From Acidobacteriota bacterium (lineage in GTDB: Bacteria; Acidobacteriota; Terriglobia; Acidiferrales; UBA7541): 64,000 nt of DNA. The stretch spans positions 951 to 64,950 of the forward strand of contig JABCZG010000027.1 in the NCBI GenBank assembly GCA_013289835.1. The letters are read 5' to 3'. Positions 42,192 through 53,000 of this stretch are shown one piece after another. Position 1 is the first letter of the stretch. Each line of letters starts with the position of its first letter. The position numbers and the translations under genes were made by a program. The notes beneath the pieces were generated by a model. That model saw only the letters and a program-made list of their open reading frames with translations. It ran no database searches and was not told the DNA's origin.

Positions 42192-43400
42192 CTATGCGAC
42201 CTCGTTGGTCATCAGGAAAAGGGGGCGCATTTCGAAGCTGGCATATTGCGGGCGGAGGCGGTCGGTGTTGTATTGCTCCTTGACGTTGACGAGCTTTTTC
42301 GTGGAAGTAACGGTCTCTAGCGGAATGTTGTCGTAATGACCGTTTTTGAGGACGACGAGGCGCCCGCTGATTTTTTTCAGGAGCAGATCGAGAGCGAGAT
42401 TGCCGTAAGCCATGGGAGCGATGGAATCAATGGCGTCGGGGTCGCCGCAACGCACGAGATAGCCTAGTTTTTGGGCGATGACGTCGATTTTTTTGCCGTT
42501 GTTGAATTTAGCGGAGATATCCCTCACTCGTTCGGCGACGATATCGCCGATGCCACCGAGCTTTTTGTGGCCGAAGGCGTCGGCTGCCTCGCCTTCAAAA
42601 ACCATTTCGCCGCCTTCGAACATGGCGCCTTCCGAAACAAGGACGATCGAGTATTTGCTGGGATTCTTGCGGCGATCCGCGACCAGCAACTCGGTGAGAT
42701 GCTCGATATTGAACTTAAATTCGGGGATGACGCAGCGGTTAGCCGCGCCGGCCATGGTGGGAAGCATGGCGGTGAAGCCGGCGTAACGGCCGAAAACTTC
42801 AAGGACCATGAAGCGTTCGTGGGAGCCCGCGGAGGTCCGCAAACTATTGACCATTTGAATCGTGCGCGTGACGCAGGTGCTGAATCCGATGCAGTAATCC
42901 GTGCCCGGAACGTCGTTGTCCATGGTCTTGGGAATGCCGATGACTTTGAAGCCTTCTTTGTGGAGACGAACGCCATAGCTGAGCGTGTCATCGCCGCCAA
43001 TGGGAATCAGCGTGTCGATGCCCAGCCAAGCGAGGTTCTTGAGGATCTCGGGTGTGAGGTCGTTTTTCTCGGCGGTGAATTTGTCCTTGAGATGAGCGGG
43101 GACGTTGGCCTTGGAGACTCGGCCGGGATTGGTGCGGGAAGAATGGAGAAATGTGCCGCCGGTGCGGCCGGCGCGATCGACGATTTCCTCGTCGAGGAGA
43201 AAGAAGTTGTCAGAGTTGTCGAAGTCCTTCTCGCGGACCATATCCACGAGGCCCGCCCAGCCGTGGCGAATGCCAATGACCTGGTAGCCCTCGCGGATGG
43301 CGCGGAGAGTGACGCCGCGGATGGCGGGGTTGAGACCGGGAACGTCGCCCCCTCCGGTCAAGATGCCGATAACGCCTTTTTTGGTGTTGCCGTTTGCCAT
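42192..43400 (-). CDS. pfp: 6-phosphofructokinase, pyrophosphate-dependent type
   Basis: GILTGGGDVPGLNPAIRG, IGGDDTL and GIPKTMDNDV. Asp in GGDD and Lys in PKT are the residues that distinguish PPi- from ATP-dependent PFKs. Start at MANGNTKKGVIG. Confidence 0.75.
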   Translation of the reverse strand: MANGNTKKGVIGILTGGGDVPGLNPAIRGVTLRAIREGYQVIGIRHGWAGLVDMVREKDFDNSDNFFLLDEEIVDRAGRTGGTFLHSSRTNPGRVSKANVPAHLKDKFTAEKNDLTPEILKNLAWLGIDTLIPIGGDDTLSYGVRLHKEGFKVIGIPKTMDNDVPGTDYCIGFSTCVTRTIQMVNSLRTSAGSHERFMVLEVFGRYAGFTAMLPTMAGAANRCVIPEFKFNIEHLTELLVADRRKNPSKYSIVLVSEGAMFEGGEMVFEGEAADAFGHKKLGGIGDIVAERVRDISAKFNNGKKIDVIAQKLGYLVRCGDPDAIDSIAPMAYGNLALDLLLKKISGRLVVLKNGHYDNIPLETVTSTKKLVNVKEQYNTDRLRPQYASFEMRPLFLMTNEVA

Positions 43401-43664
43401 GGGACTGAAGATCGCCCTTTCGTGGGATGCCGAACAGGAAATTATCACCTCAAGCGCAAGTTTTAGGAAGAGCAGACTCCCGTTTTTTCGGGAGAGGCAC
43501 TCCAGCGAAAAATATCATCGAATGAATCGGGAAATTCAATTGGACTTGCCCCGGTCTGGCCCCTAGATTGAATGGTCTCCGACCCGCTGAGGGAAGCGGG
43601 GGAATGTGCGTCCGACTAAGCGGCCTGCGGTGACCAGGCCACCTGCCGGGTTGCGGAAAGTTCG

Positions 43665-45200
43665 ATGACCGCCACGGCCCAACCTTCACGAATTCGAGTG
43701 CAACCCTCGTTTGTCCGCTATCAGTATGAGACCGCGTATGACGAAATGTTCAGCGCTCCGGGTGTGCCGCGAGAGCACTACCAGGCGCTGCATCGGACGC
43801 TGCTGGGGATGCCGCAAGAGGAGCTGCTTAAACGGCAGCAGGCGGCCGACCTGACGTTCCTGCACGAGGGCATTACGTTCACCGTTTACGGCAGCAAGGA
43901 GGGGACGGAGAAGATTTTTCCGAACGACCTGGTGCCGCGGATCATTCCTTCCATCGAGTGGGCAAAAATCGAGAAGGGGCTGACGCAGCGCTTGACGGCA
44001 CTGAATATGTTCCTGCGGGACATTTATCACGAAGGGCGGATTCTTTCGGAAGGGCTTATCCCGCGGGAGCTGGTTTACAGCTGCAAACATTTCCGGCGGG
44101 AAATGCGCGGATTGAACGTACCGAGAGACACGTATGTGAGCATCTGCGGGACGGACCTGGTGCGCTTGCCGGACGGAAGCTTTGCGGTGCTCGAAGACAA
44201 TCTGCGTGTGCCCAGCGGTGTTTCGTACATGCTGGCGAACCGCAAGGTGCTGAAGCGCGTGTTCCCGACGATGTTCCGGGATTACGGCGTCTGGCCTGTG
44301 GACCACTACCCGCAGGCTCTTCTGGCTACGTTGCGGAGCTTGACGCCGGAAAATTGCCAGTACCGGCAGGATCCGACGACGATTTTATTGACCCCTGGCG
44401 TATCCAACTCCGCGTACTTCGAACACACCTTTCTGGCGCAGCAGATGGGCATCGAGCTGGTGGAGGGGCGCGACCTGCTGGTGCATGACAATGTGGTGTA
44501 CATGAGAACCACGGCGGGCCTGCGGCGGGTAGATGTGATTTATCGCCGGGTGGATGACGACTTTCTGGATCCACTGTGCTTCCGGCCGGATTCTATTTTG
44601 GGAGTTCCGGGGCTCTTCAATGCGTATCGAGCGGGAAATGTGACGCTGGCCAACGCCATCGGGACGGGCGTGGCGGATGACAAAGCGGTGTATGCGTACG
44701 TGCCTGAGATCATCAAGTTCTATTTGAACGAAGAAGCCATTCTGCCTAATGTGCCCACGTTCTTGATGACCAACGGCAAGCACCGTAATCATGTACTGCA
44801 AAACCTTGAAAAAATGGTGGTCAAGGCCGTGGGAGAATCGGGCGGTTACGGAATGCTGATCGGTCCGCACAGTACGGCGCAGCAGCGGGAGGAATTTCGC
44901 GCGCGGGTTCTGGCCGAGCCCCGGAACTATATCGCGCAGCCGACTCTGTCGTTGTCTTGCGCGCCTTGCCTGATTGATGGCGAAGTCGAGTCGCGGCACA
45001 TTGATTTGCGGCCGTACATCCTGATGGGTGAGAAAGTGACGCTGGTGCCGGGAGGGCTGACGCGTGTAGCGCTGCGCAAGGGATCGCTAGTGGTGAATTC
45101 GTCGCAGGGCGGCGGGAGCAAGGATACCTGGGTGCTGCGGGAAGGCAACGGTGAGGACCGCGTGGCGAAAATCACCAGCTTTGAACGCAAGGCTGGCTGA
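43665..45200 (+). CDS. Circularly permuted ATP-grasp protein (COG2308-type)
   Basis: 511 aa. Overall pattern (YDEMF...VPR.HY..L, ...[27 protein letters not shown]...) and its position upstream of alpha-E and transglutaminase genes. Confidence 0.75.
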   Translation: MTATAQPSRIRVQPSFVRYQYETAYDEMFSAPGVPREHYQALHRTLLGMPQEELLKRQQAADLTFLHEGITFTVYGSKEGTEKIFPNDLVPRIIPSIEWAKIEKGLTQRLTALNMFLRDIYHEGRILSEGLIPRELVYSCKHFRREMRGLNVPRDTYVSICGTDLVRLPDGSFAVLEDNLRVPSGVSYMLANRKVLKRVFPTMFRDYGVWPVDHYPQALLATLRSLTPENCQYRQDPTTILLTPGVSNSAYFEHTFLAQQMGIELVEGRDLLVHDNVVYMRTTAGLRRVDVIYRRVDDDFLDPLCFRPDSILGVPGLFNAYRAGNVTLANAIGTGVADDKAVYAYVPEIIKFYLNEEAILPNVPTFLMTNGKHRNHVLQNLEKMVVKAVGESGGYGMLIGPHSTAQQREEFRARVLAEPRNYIAQPTLSLSCAPCLIDGEVESRHIDLRPYILMGEKVTLVPGGLTRVALRKGSLVVNSSQGGGSKDTWVLREGNGEDRVAKITSFERKAG

Positions 45201-45266
45201 GAAAGCATGGGAACGATGAGGCCACCGAGAAACTACTTCATGAAAACATTCCGGCGGGAGGCCGGG

Positions 45267-46223
45267 ATGCTTTCGCGCGTGGCGGACAGCTTGTACTGGA
45301 TGAGCCGGTATCTGGAACGCGCGGAGCACACCGCGCGGCTTGTGGACGTGGAGTTGCAACTGTGGCTGGATCAATCGCCGGAAACGGGAGCGGGGCGCTG
45401 GAGATTTCTGCTGGAAGGATTGCATGCGCCGGGGGCGAAGGGCGCGGTGGACGCGGCGAAGTTGATGAATGCGCTGGTATTCAGCCGCACGAATGCGTCC
45501 TCGATCGTGTCGTGCATCGCGACGGCGAGGGAAAATTTGCGGCACGTGCGGGAACAATGCAGCTCGGAGATGTGGGAGCAACTGAACCGGTTGTACCTGG
45601 ATGTGATGCAGACGAATCCGGATGAGGCTTGGATGCTGAAGTCGCACGGATTTTTCAGGGCGGTGCAGGAGGGCGCCCACCTTTTTCAGGGAATTACCGA
45701 TGCGACGATGAGCCATGGGGAAGGCTGGCAGTACATTCAGCTGGGGCGGTACGTGGAACGGACGGACACGCTGGCTTCGTTGATGGAAGCGCATTTCAAA
45801 CGAAATGCGCAGCCGGCGGATCAAGTGGTGGAAAGTGCGGAGTACCTGGAATGGGTGGCGTTGTTGCGAAGCTGCCTGGCGTTTGAGGCGTACTGCAAAG
45901 CGTATACGGCGGAGATCCGGCCGCTGCGCGTGGCGGAATTCCTGATTCTGACGCCGGAGTTTCCGCATTCGGTGCGGTTTTCGGTGGACCGCATCAACGC
46001 GGCTCTGCACGTCATCGGAGACTTGACGGAGCGGCGGGAGAAATCGCCGACGCGCATTGCGGGAAGGCTGCGGGCGCAGCTGAGCTTCAGCCAGATCGAG
46101 GAGATCATGGGGCAGGGGCCGCACTCGTATCTGGAGAATGTGCGGAGTGAATGCGCGGCGATTCACAGCGCGATTCACGAGATTTATTTTGACTATCCGA
46201 TTGAGTCGGAGATGGCGTCGTAA
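45267..46223 (+). CDS. Alpha-E domain protein (COG2307-type)
   Basis: The N-terminus MLSRVADSLYWMSRYLERAEHTARLVDV is the hallmark start of this family. Confidence 0.8.
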   Translation: MLSRVADSLYWMSRYLERAEHTARLVDVELQLWLDQSPETGAGRWRFLLEGLHAPGAKGAVDAAKLMNALVFSRTNASSIVSCIATARENLRHVREQCSSEMWEQLNRLYLDVMQTNPDEAWMLKSHGFFRAVQEGAHLFQGITDATMSHGEGWQYIQLGRYVERTDTLASLMEAHFKRNAQPADQVVESAEYLEWVALLRSCLAFEAYCKAYTAEIRPLRVAEFLILTPEFPHSVRFSVDRINAALHVIGDLTERREKSPTRIAGRLRAQLSFSQIEEIMGQGPHSYLENVRSECAAIHSAIHEIYFDYPIESEMAS

Positions 46224-46241
46224 TTTTTCGAACGGAGTGAT

Positions 46242-47201
46242 ATGGCGTATTCGGTGCGGCACATCACGCGGTTTCGGTATGAACCGGCGGTGCGGGAAAG
46301 CGTGATGGAGGTGCGGCTGCAGCCGCGAACGGATATGCGGCAGCGTTGTCTTTCGTTTTCGCTCGACGTGACTCCGCGGGCCAACATCATGGTGTATAGG
46401 GATTTTTTTGGGAACGCCGTGCACCACTTTGATATTCCGGGGCAACATGAGGTGGTGGAAGTGGCGGCGCAGGCGATTGTGGAGGTTCTGCCGCCGACGC
46501 CTTCGCTGGCCACTTATGCATGCGATTGGGAAGAGCTTGATGAGCGCGTGGCGGAGGGGGATTACTGGGAGATGCTGCTTCCCAGCCATTTCGCGCGGCC
46601 GACGGAGCTATTGGAAAAGTTGCGGGCTGAGCTGAAGCTTCGGCGGCAGGGGAATCCGCTGGAGTTGCTGCAGGAATTGAATACGGAACTGTATGAATCT
46701 TTCGAGTACGCTCCAAACACGACGAAAGTGGATTCGCCGATTGATGATGCGCTGGAGGCGCGGCGGGGAGTTTGCCAGGATTTCGCGCACATTATGATTG
46801 CGCTGGTGCGGCAGCTGAAAATTCCGTGCCGGTATGTGAGCGGGTATTTGTACCACGAGGACAAAGTGAAGGACCGCTCACCGGCCGGCGCGACGCATGC
46901 GTGGGTGGAGGCTTATCTCGGAGAGATGGGATGGGTGGCGTTTGACCCGACGAACAATTTGCCGGGCTGTGAGCGGCATATTCGCGTGGCCGTGGGGCGC
47001 GACTACGCCGATGTTCCGCCGACGCGCGGCGTGTACAAGGGAGAGGCGGCTAGCGAATTGAGCGTGCTTGTGTCGGTCGCCCCGATCGATGCGCCGGAGC
47101 CAGAGGAATTGCCGCCCGTCATGGTGATACGATCCAAACCATTGAACTCGGCTTCGAGTTTGGCGCTTGACCACCAGCAGCAACAGCAGCAACAACAATA
47201 A
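46242..47201 (+). CDS. Transglutaminase-family protein (Bact_transglu_N + transglutaminase core) with poly-Gln tail
   Basis: Catalytic-core motifs GVCQDFAHIMIAL, HAWVEAY and GWVAFDPTN. It ends in HQQQQQQQQ. Confidence 0.85.
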   Translation: MAYSVRHITRFRYEPAVRESVMEVRLQPRTDMRQRCLSFSLDVTPRANIMVYRDFFGNAVHHFDIPGQHEVVEVAAQAIVEVLPPTPSLATYACDWEELDERVAEGDYWEMLLPSHFARPTELLEKLRAELKLRRQGNPLELLQELNTELYESFEYAPNTTKVDSPIDDALEARRGVCQDFAHIMIALVRQLKIPCRYVSGYLYHEDKVKDRSPAGATHAWVEAYLGEMGWVAFDPTNNLPGCERHIRVAVGRDYADVPPTRGVYKGEAASELSVLVSVAPIDAPEPEELPPVMVIRSKPLNSASSLALDHQQQQQQQQ

Positions 47202-47210
47202 AAATATTCG

Positions 47211-47792
47211 TTAAAGCTCGATGCGTGTGCCCAGGACTGCGAGAAATTTCGCGAGCCAGGCTGGATGTGCTGGCCAGGCTGGCGCGCTGACGAGATTTCC
47301 GTCGGTGATGGCTTCGGTCATGGCGAGATTGACGTACGTGCCGCCGGCGCGGGTGACATCGGGACCGACGGCGGGATAGGCGCTGCACTTCTTCCCTTCC
47401 AGGACGCCGGCAGCTGCGAGAATCTGCGCTCCGTGGCAAACGGATGCGATGGGTTTGTTGGCCTTTGAAAAGTGATGGACGATTTCGATGACGCGCGGGA
47501 TCAGCCGAATATATTCGGGGGCGCGGCCGCCGGGGAGAACGAGGGCGTCGTACTCTTCAGGCTTGATCTGATCGAAGGTGGCGTTGAGAGCGAAATTGTG
47601 GCCGCGCTTTTCAGAGTAGGTTTGGTCGCCCTCGAAATCGTGGATAGCGGTGCGGACGGATTCGCCTGACTTTTTGCCGGGGCAGACGGCGTGAACGGTG
47701 TGGCCCACCATCAGGAGCGCTTGGAATGGGACCATCACTTCGTAATCTTCAACGTAATCGCCGACAAGCATCAGAATGGATTTCTTGGACAT
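47211..47792 (-). CDS. DJ-1/PfpI family protein
   Basis: 193 aa. [13 protein letters not shown] and the nucleophile elbow [11 protein letters not shown]. Confidence 0.85.
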   Translation of the reverse strand: MSKKSILMLVGDYVEDYEVMVPFQALLMVGHTVHAVCPGKKSGESVRTAIHDFEGDQTYSEKRGHNFALNATFDQIKPEEYDALVLPGGRAPEYIRLIPRVIEIVHHFSKANKPIASVCHGAQILAAAGVLEGKKCSAYPAVGPDVTRAGGTYVNLAMTEAITDGNLVSAPAWPAHPAWLAKFLAVLGTRIEL

Positions 47793-47865
47793 GAGCGCCT
47801 CCGGAAAGCGAAAAGGATAGCAGAAAGAAGATGCGCGGCCGAAGGCCGCCGGTACGATCGTATAC

Positions 47866-47904
47866 AGAAAAAATAAGGGCGGCCCAGTCGATCGGGCCGC
47901 CCTT
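47866..47904 (-). terminator. Rho-independent terminator of the HAD-family gene
   Basis: Minus-strand read: AAGGGCGGCCC, loop GATCGACT, GGGCCGCCCTT, followed by ATTTTTTCT. The stem is 11 bp. Confidence 0.8.
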
Positions 47905-47918
47905 GTATCAGGGAACGT

Positions 47919-48755
47919 TTACGCGCCTGAGGTAGCGTTGATTTGTGGCGCTTCGGCGACAGACACATGCTCGGTGGAATCCTGGATGGTGAGCCGGTCG
48001 GTGCGCATTTTGTCCCATTCGAGCAGCGTCAGGCCGTAGGAAGCGAACAGGCGGCGGATGCGCGCCGAGTCCCAGCGCAACACTTTTTCGAGAACCGGGA
48101 CGAGCACGCTCATGGCGTTATCGCTGATGACGGTGCGCTTGGCGACGCGCGTGATGAACTTGGCTTCGGAGACGGCGATCGTGAGCCCGTCATATTGATT
48201 GACGTGCATCATCACGGGAATATCGGAACTGCCGTCGCCCATGTAGATGATCTGGTCGTGGCTGATGCCGAGGCTCGCGCGGAGTTCCTCGAGCACGGTG
48301 ATTTTGCCCCAGCCGGCCGAGGCGCGAATGATGGAATCCACTTCGCCGGTGGCTTCGTTGTAGCGAAAGCGCGTGCCAAAGATGCGATTCGGGGGAACGA
48401 TGCCCTCGAGCGCCGACTGGATAATTTCCTGCGGCGCGGCGGAGATCACGTTGAAATGAAATTTGTAGCCGTCCGCAAGATTTTCGAGCGCGCGCGCAAA
48501 CAGCGCGACGTCGTTCTTCAGGCGGATGCGTTTGCCGGTTTCCGCGAGGTGTTCGCGGCGCACGCGGCGGAAATCCGGGTCATGGAGAATCAGGTAGCTG
48601 AGCTCCGCGCCCTGTTGGACGAGGTTCATCTCCGCCAGGCCCTTGACCTTGTCATGGAAGCCGTTAAAGCCGATGAGTTCGCTCAGCACCACTCCTGAGT
48701 CGTTGAAGCTGAGCGTCTGGTCGAAATCGCTGGCCAGTAAGAATTGTTTGGTCAT
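47919..48755 (-). CDS. HAD-superfamily (IB-like) hydrolase
   Basis: Motif I LASDFDQTLS and motif IV YMGDGSSDIPVM. 278 aa. Confidence 0.65.
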   Translation of the reverse strand: MTKQFLLASDFDQTLSFNDSGVVLSELIGFNGFHDKVKGLAEMNLVQQGAELSYLILHDPDFRRVRREHLAETGKRIRLKNDVALFARALENLADGYKFHFNVISAAPQEIIQSALEGIVPPNRIFGTRFRYNEATGEVDSIIRASAGWGKITVLEELRASLGISHDQIIYMGDGSSDIPVMMHVNQYDGLTIAVSEAKFITRVAKRTVISDNAMSVLVPVLEKVLRWDSARIRRLFASYGLTLLEWDKMRTDRLTIQDSTEHVSVAEAPQINATSGA

Positions 48756-49102
48756 GTACTAGTACTCCTGTTGCTGCCTTTCTTGGCGAGTCCGCCCTGG
48801 GAAGCCTCCCGCAACCTCTCTACCAACACCATACCCGCGTTACTCCCCAGGTGCCCCACGAATTATTTTGATGGGTGCTATGCGTTAAAAGTGTGAACGA
48901 TTCATTATACCTTGATTAGATGTGCCGTACCTATAAAAGGTTAAAAGGAAAGGAGATGGGCGTTCCAGAACGCAACATAATGCAGCAAGTTTCGTAGGCA
49001 GAAAGACATAGCTAGGGGCGAAGAAGAGGAGAAACCAAGCGACGAGAGGGGGGCCCTCTACCTTGACAATGGATCCGGCGAAGCCGAAGTCGGGGTTGCC
49101 AA

Positions 49103-50089
49103 CTAAAGCCTAATAGCGTCCATTTTAGGCTTTTCGTAGACGTCATCCTCGCCTGGGTAGCGGAGGCGGTCCTCGAAGCGGCCAGTCTCTTTTGCCAGCG
49201 CCCAGACCAGGCTCTCCCCGGCAGGAACTGTCTTCGGCTCGCTGCGAAAAACGGGATCCTCAAACGCCAGCGAAGCGTCAATCCATTGCCACCCGGCAGT
49301 CTCGAAGGCCGCCATCACGTCGGGAAGCACGAAAGCATTCAAAGGGTTGAAATGCATCAGCAGCGTGTGGCGAATGTCGCGGCCCAGCACGTCCAGAGCA
49401 AGCTGCCGGTAAAACGCCGCGCGATCCAGGAGATGCCCGATCAAGTAGTCACGATAAGGGGCGACTGGTGACTTCGGGTCTTTCCCGAGACGGTCGACGA
49501 AGCGCTGACTGACGTACCAGTCGGAAGCGTCAATGGTGACGTGGCCGACGCGGTAGCCGCGCTCCTTCAGCAACGCGCGAAAGCGGTCGCGCTTCTCCGC
49601 GGTGTCGCCTTCCTTCAAAAACGGATAGCGAAACAACGCGGTGCGGTTGTGATACGGAGCGATTACTTTTTCATTCTTCAGAAAATCGACGGCAAAGTCG
49701 GCGTAGCTGGTCTGCTCGCCATAAAATTTATGTGAATAGGAATGATTGCAGATGAGGTGGCCCGCCTGGTCCCAGGCGGAAACCAGTTTGGCGCCGTCGG
49801 CGTCGTCCACACGCATCCCACAAACGAACAGGGAGGCGCGGACGTCTTTCGCGGAAATCGCTTTCAGAATGCGTCCGTTGGCCTCCTGCCATCGGACGAT
49901 GGAGCCCAGTGAGAGCGTGGGATCGTCCATCGTGAGCGCGACCTGGGGACGCGCGGAATTGTTGGGAGTGGTCTTCGGCGTAGTGCTTTGCAGAAAAGAG
50001 AAAGCACGAAGCTCGGGCGGGAGGAGTTGAGAATAAGCCGCGACCGAGGCGGCTTTTACGGTAGAAGAGAGGAATCTACGACGTTTCAT
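49103..50089 (-). CDS. Tat-signal polysaccharide deacetylase-family (CE4) protein
   Basis: Start at MKRRRFLSSTVKAASVAAY (twin-arginine leader). NodB-like motifs ALTMDDP, NHSYSH and FRYPFL. It lies 10 nt downstream of the multiheme gene. The track's 50527 start overlaps that gene and is rejected. Confidence 0.7.
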   Translation of the reverse strand: MKRRRFLSSTVKAASVAAYSQLLPPELRAFSFLQSTTPKTTPNNSARPQVALTMDDPTLSLGSIVRWQEANGRILKAISAKDVRASLFVCGMRVDDADGAKLVSAWDQAGHLICNHSYSHKFYGEQTSYADFAVDFLKNEKVIAPYHNRTALFRYPFLKEGDTAEKRDRFRALLKERGYRVGHVTIDASDWYVSQRFVDRLGKDPKSPVAPYRDYLIGHLLDRAAFYRQLALDVLGRDIRHTLLMHFNPLNAFVLPDVMAAFETAGWQWIDASLAFEDPVFRSEPKTVPAGESLVWALAKETGRFEDRLRYPGEDDVYEKPKMDAIRL

Positions 50090-50099
50090 GGCAGCGACC

Positions 50100-53000
50100 T
50101 CAGTAAAAAGAGTCCAACCACTCTCGGGCGCGAGTGAAGAAGGACGAGTACGAGGGCAAGGATGTCGATGAGGACGAAGTGGAGCGAGGCTGCTCCACAG
50201 CGTCGTCTGTGACGATGTAGGGTTCGCCCGTGCTCGGATGAATGTAGAGTGAGCGCATTTCCGCGCGGTTGAGCGGGCGAGCGCCGCGCCGACCAAACAC
50301 GGCGAGCTGGTTCCCGGATTCATCCACCGCCCTGTCACGATCAATACCTTTGGAAATGGCCAGCGCGGGGCCGCGCGTGTGGGCCGTGGCAATGAGTTTA
50401 GGCGTGGGTCGCGGGCTAAATCCCGAAAAATGCGCGGAGTCATCCCACGGAGAGAGAATTTGCAGGACGCGAAGCCCGTTCTTCCCGTCGGCAACGAAGG
50501 CGAACGCGCTGGCTGCAACCATTCCAATCTTGACGTCGTTCACGTCGTTGAGCTGGCCTTCTGCGCTAAAGATTTGATCCAGCTTAGGCGCGTCGGGTTT
50601 TTCAACGTCAACAATCGCAATTCCCTGCTTCCCTGCCGAAACGTACGCGTACGTGCGAGCGACGTAAACGTTTCGAGCATCTTCGACAGGAACGAGCGCA
50701 TTTGCGACGGGCTTCGGCTGGGAAAGATCGGTAACGTCGAGAACCTTTAGGCCGTCGCGATCCACGACAAATGCGTAGCGGAATTGCACGGCGATGCCAC
50801 GAGGATCGTTGAGCGCGGGCGCACCGATGTTGGCCGTCACGCGCGGAGCAAGCGGATTATCGAGATCTACCACAACAAGCGCCTTGTCCGTGAGGACGTA
50901 GGCGTATGTCCCGACGATGGAGATGCGGCGCGCGCCTGTGAGCACGCCGCCGGGATTGAAAGCTAAAGCGCGCTTCAAGAAATTGTTGGCAGGATTGCCG
51001 TCGAGTAGCGTGCCTACGCCGGGACTTTTCGATTTGAGACTCGGGTCGCCGATGATCACGAGTCCTTCTTCTTTGTCCGCGACGTAGAGGAAGCCATACA
51101 GCAGATGGATGGCTTGCTCCTCGTTCTCCGGCAATGGCTGCCGCAGTGGATCGACACCGAGCGTCGTCGGAGAAGCAACGGCTAGAGCGTTTTTCGTCGG
51201 AACGTAAAAACGCTGGCCGATGGGCGAAACCGGCGCGGTGGACATTTTCTCTGAGAACCCTTTGTTATCAATGTTGGCGATGTCAAAGACGCGAAGACCG
51301 CCCGGTCCCGTCGCGGCATAGGCATATTCGCCGCGAGCCTGGATATCAAGGACGTTGCCCGTGTGTTCTGCGGCGGTGCTTAGTTCGCGGTGATGCTCCA
51401 GGAATTTCTTGTAATTGTCCGGATAGGCGACGCGCTGTAGATCGCTGCCGTAGATGGCTTCCGGCTCATCGTGTTCCGCGACGGCGACCGCTTCGAAACC
51501 TTTATTGCCCGTGGCTACGTAAACGTAGCGGCCCATGAAATTCATGAAGTTGGTGCCCTGCAACAGCAGTTGCGCCATCCACGCGTTATTGTCATTCTGC
51601 GCGGAGACGTGGCAATCGCTGCACTGCTTCGTTTCTTTGGCGCGCACCGTATGTGGCACGAACGTGGAAAACGCCTGGCCGGAAAAACCGGGCGTGGAAA
51701 TGGTTTGCTGCGTGTAGTAAAGCCACTCGCGATTGGCATTTTGCGAACTCACCAAGACCGCGCAAGACGATCGCGCGGGAGCGACGCGGTGGCCGGTGAC
51801 CGTGCCGTCCACGCCCAGCATATAGATGTCATCGCGCAGAACCTGAAAGTTGTAGCTGGTGTAATTTCTCGTGAGCAAGCCTTCGTTGTGCAGCATCGGC
51901 TTACGCGCATTTGCAGTCATCTGTAAATGGCAGCCGAAACAGGTGGGCGTCCACGACGTGTGGCACGAATAGCAAGTCATACTGCTATTCGCATGGGCGA
52001 GGGTTGCGTCATCGCTGGGCATTTGCGAGGGAACGACACCGTTTTTGTTCAGCAGTTTCGCGCGCATCGACTTCATGCTGAAGTGCACGTTGCCGGGAGT
52101 AATCGTGTCCAGCGTCTGAACGATTTCCCATTCCTTATTTTCCTCCGACATCGAACGCTGAATCACTTTGTCGCCGCGCCACTCGAATCGCCGCAAACCC
52201 CACGGCGTGCGCAGCGTGTCCAAATGTCGCCCGCCTTCCGGCGCTGCGGGCCCTGACGTGATCAGCGCCGCTTTCTTTCGAATCGTGCCGTGGCAGTCAA
52301 TGCAATCAATTTCCACTGCGGCTCGCGGCTCGCCGTAGATTTTTCCGTTGCCGTGATTGTCCTGTGCGAAATGGCAATCGTTGCACTGCATCCCTTTTTC
52401 AAGATGGATGTCGGCCAGATGGACGGCCTTCCCGAAGCGGTCTGGATCATCGAACGCGATTTTCCCGCCGTCTTTATCGAGCCAGTTCCCTTTGCGATCG
52501 TGATTGAAAACGGCGCGGAACACCCAGCCATGACCATGGAAGTCCGCGAACTGTGTAGCCTTCAATTGTTTGTTGAATTCCGCGCTGCCAACATTTTCCA
52601 GAAACTTTTCATCGCCCCACAATCCGCGGACAGCTGCTCCTTCGGGATTACGCACAAACGATTGGTAGCGCTGCTCTTCAGTGGGATTGCGCTGCTCTTT
52701 CGGATACATTTTGTCGCCGTCAATTTCGTTGTCCCACCATGTGAGTCCGAAATACGTTGTGACCATATTCGTTCCGGGGTGAATGTGGCAAATCATGCAT
52801 TGGCTCGACGGAATGGAACGCGTGAACGTGTGCCGGATGGGGTGGCCGGATTCATTTTTCCGAATTGTGGGATCGGACGAGGCACTGAAGCCGGAGTGCC
52901 CAAATCCCGCGTACGCGCCGGAGTGCGCCGGATCGCGGTCGTTTGCGTAAATCACGTGGCATGCGGTGCAGCCGCTTGCGCGGTAGTCTCCAGGATGATC

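Noticed and set aside
48756-49102. ~350-bp lower-G+C intergenic region, including a 13-codon ORF with an AGGAG upstream (48955-48996)
   Set aside because: The ORF is too short and unsupported. I found no convincing hairpin or conserved motif. This is probably just the HAD gene promoter region.
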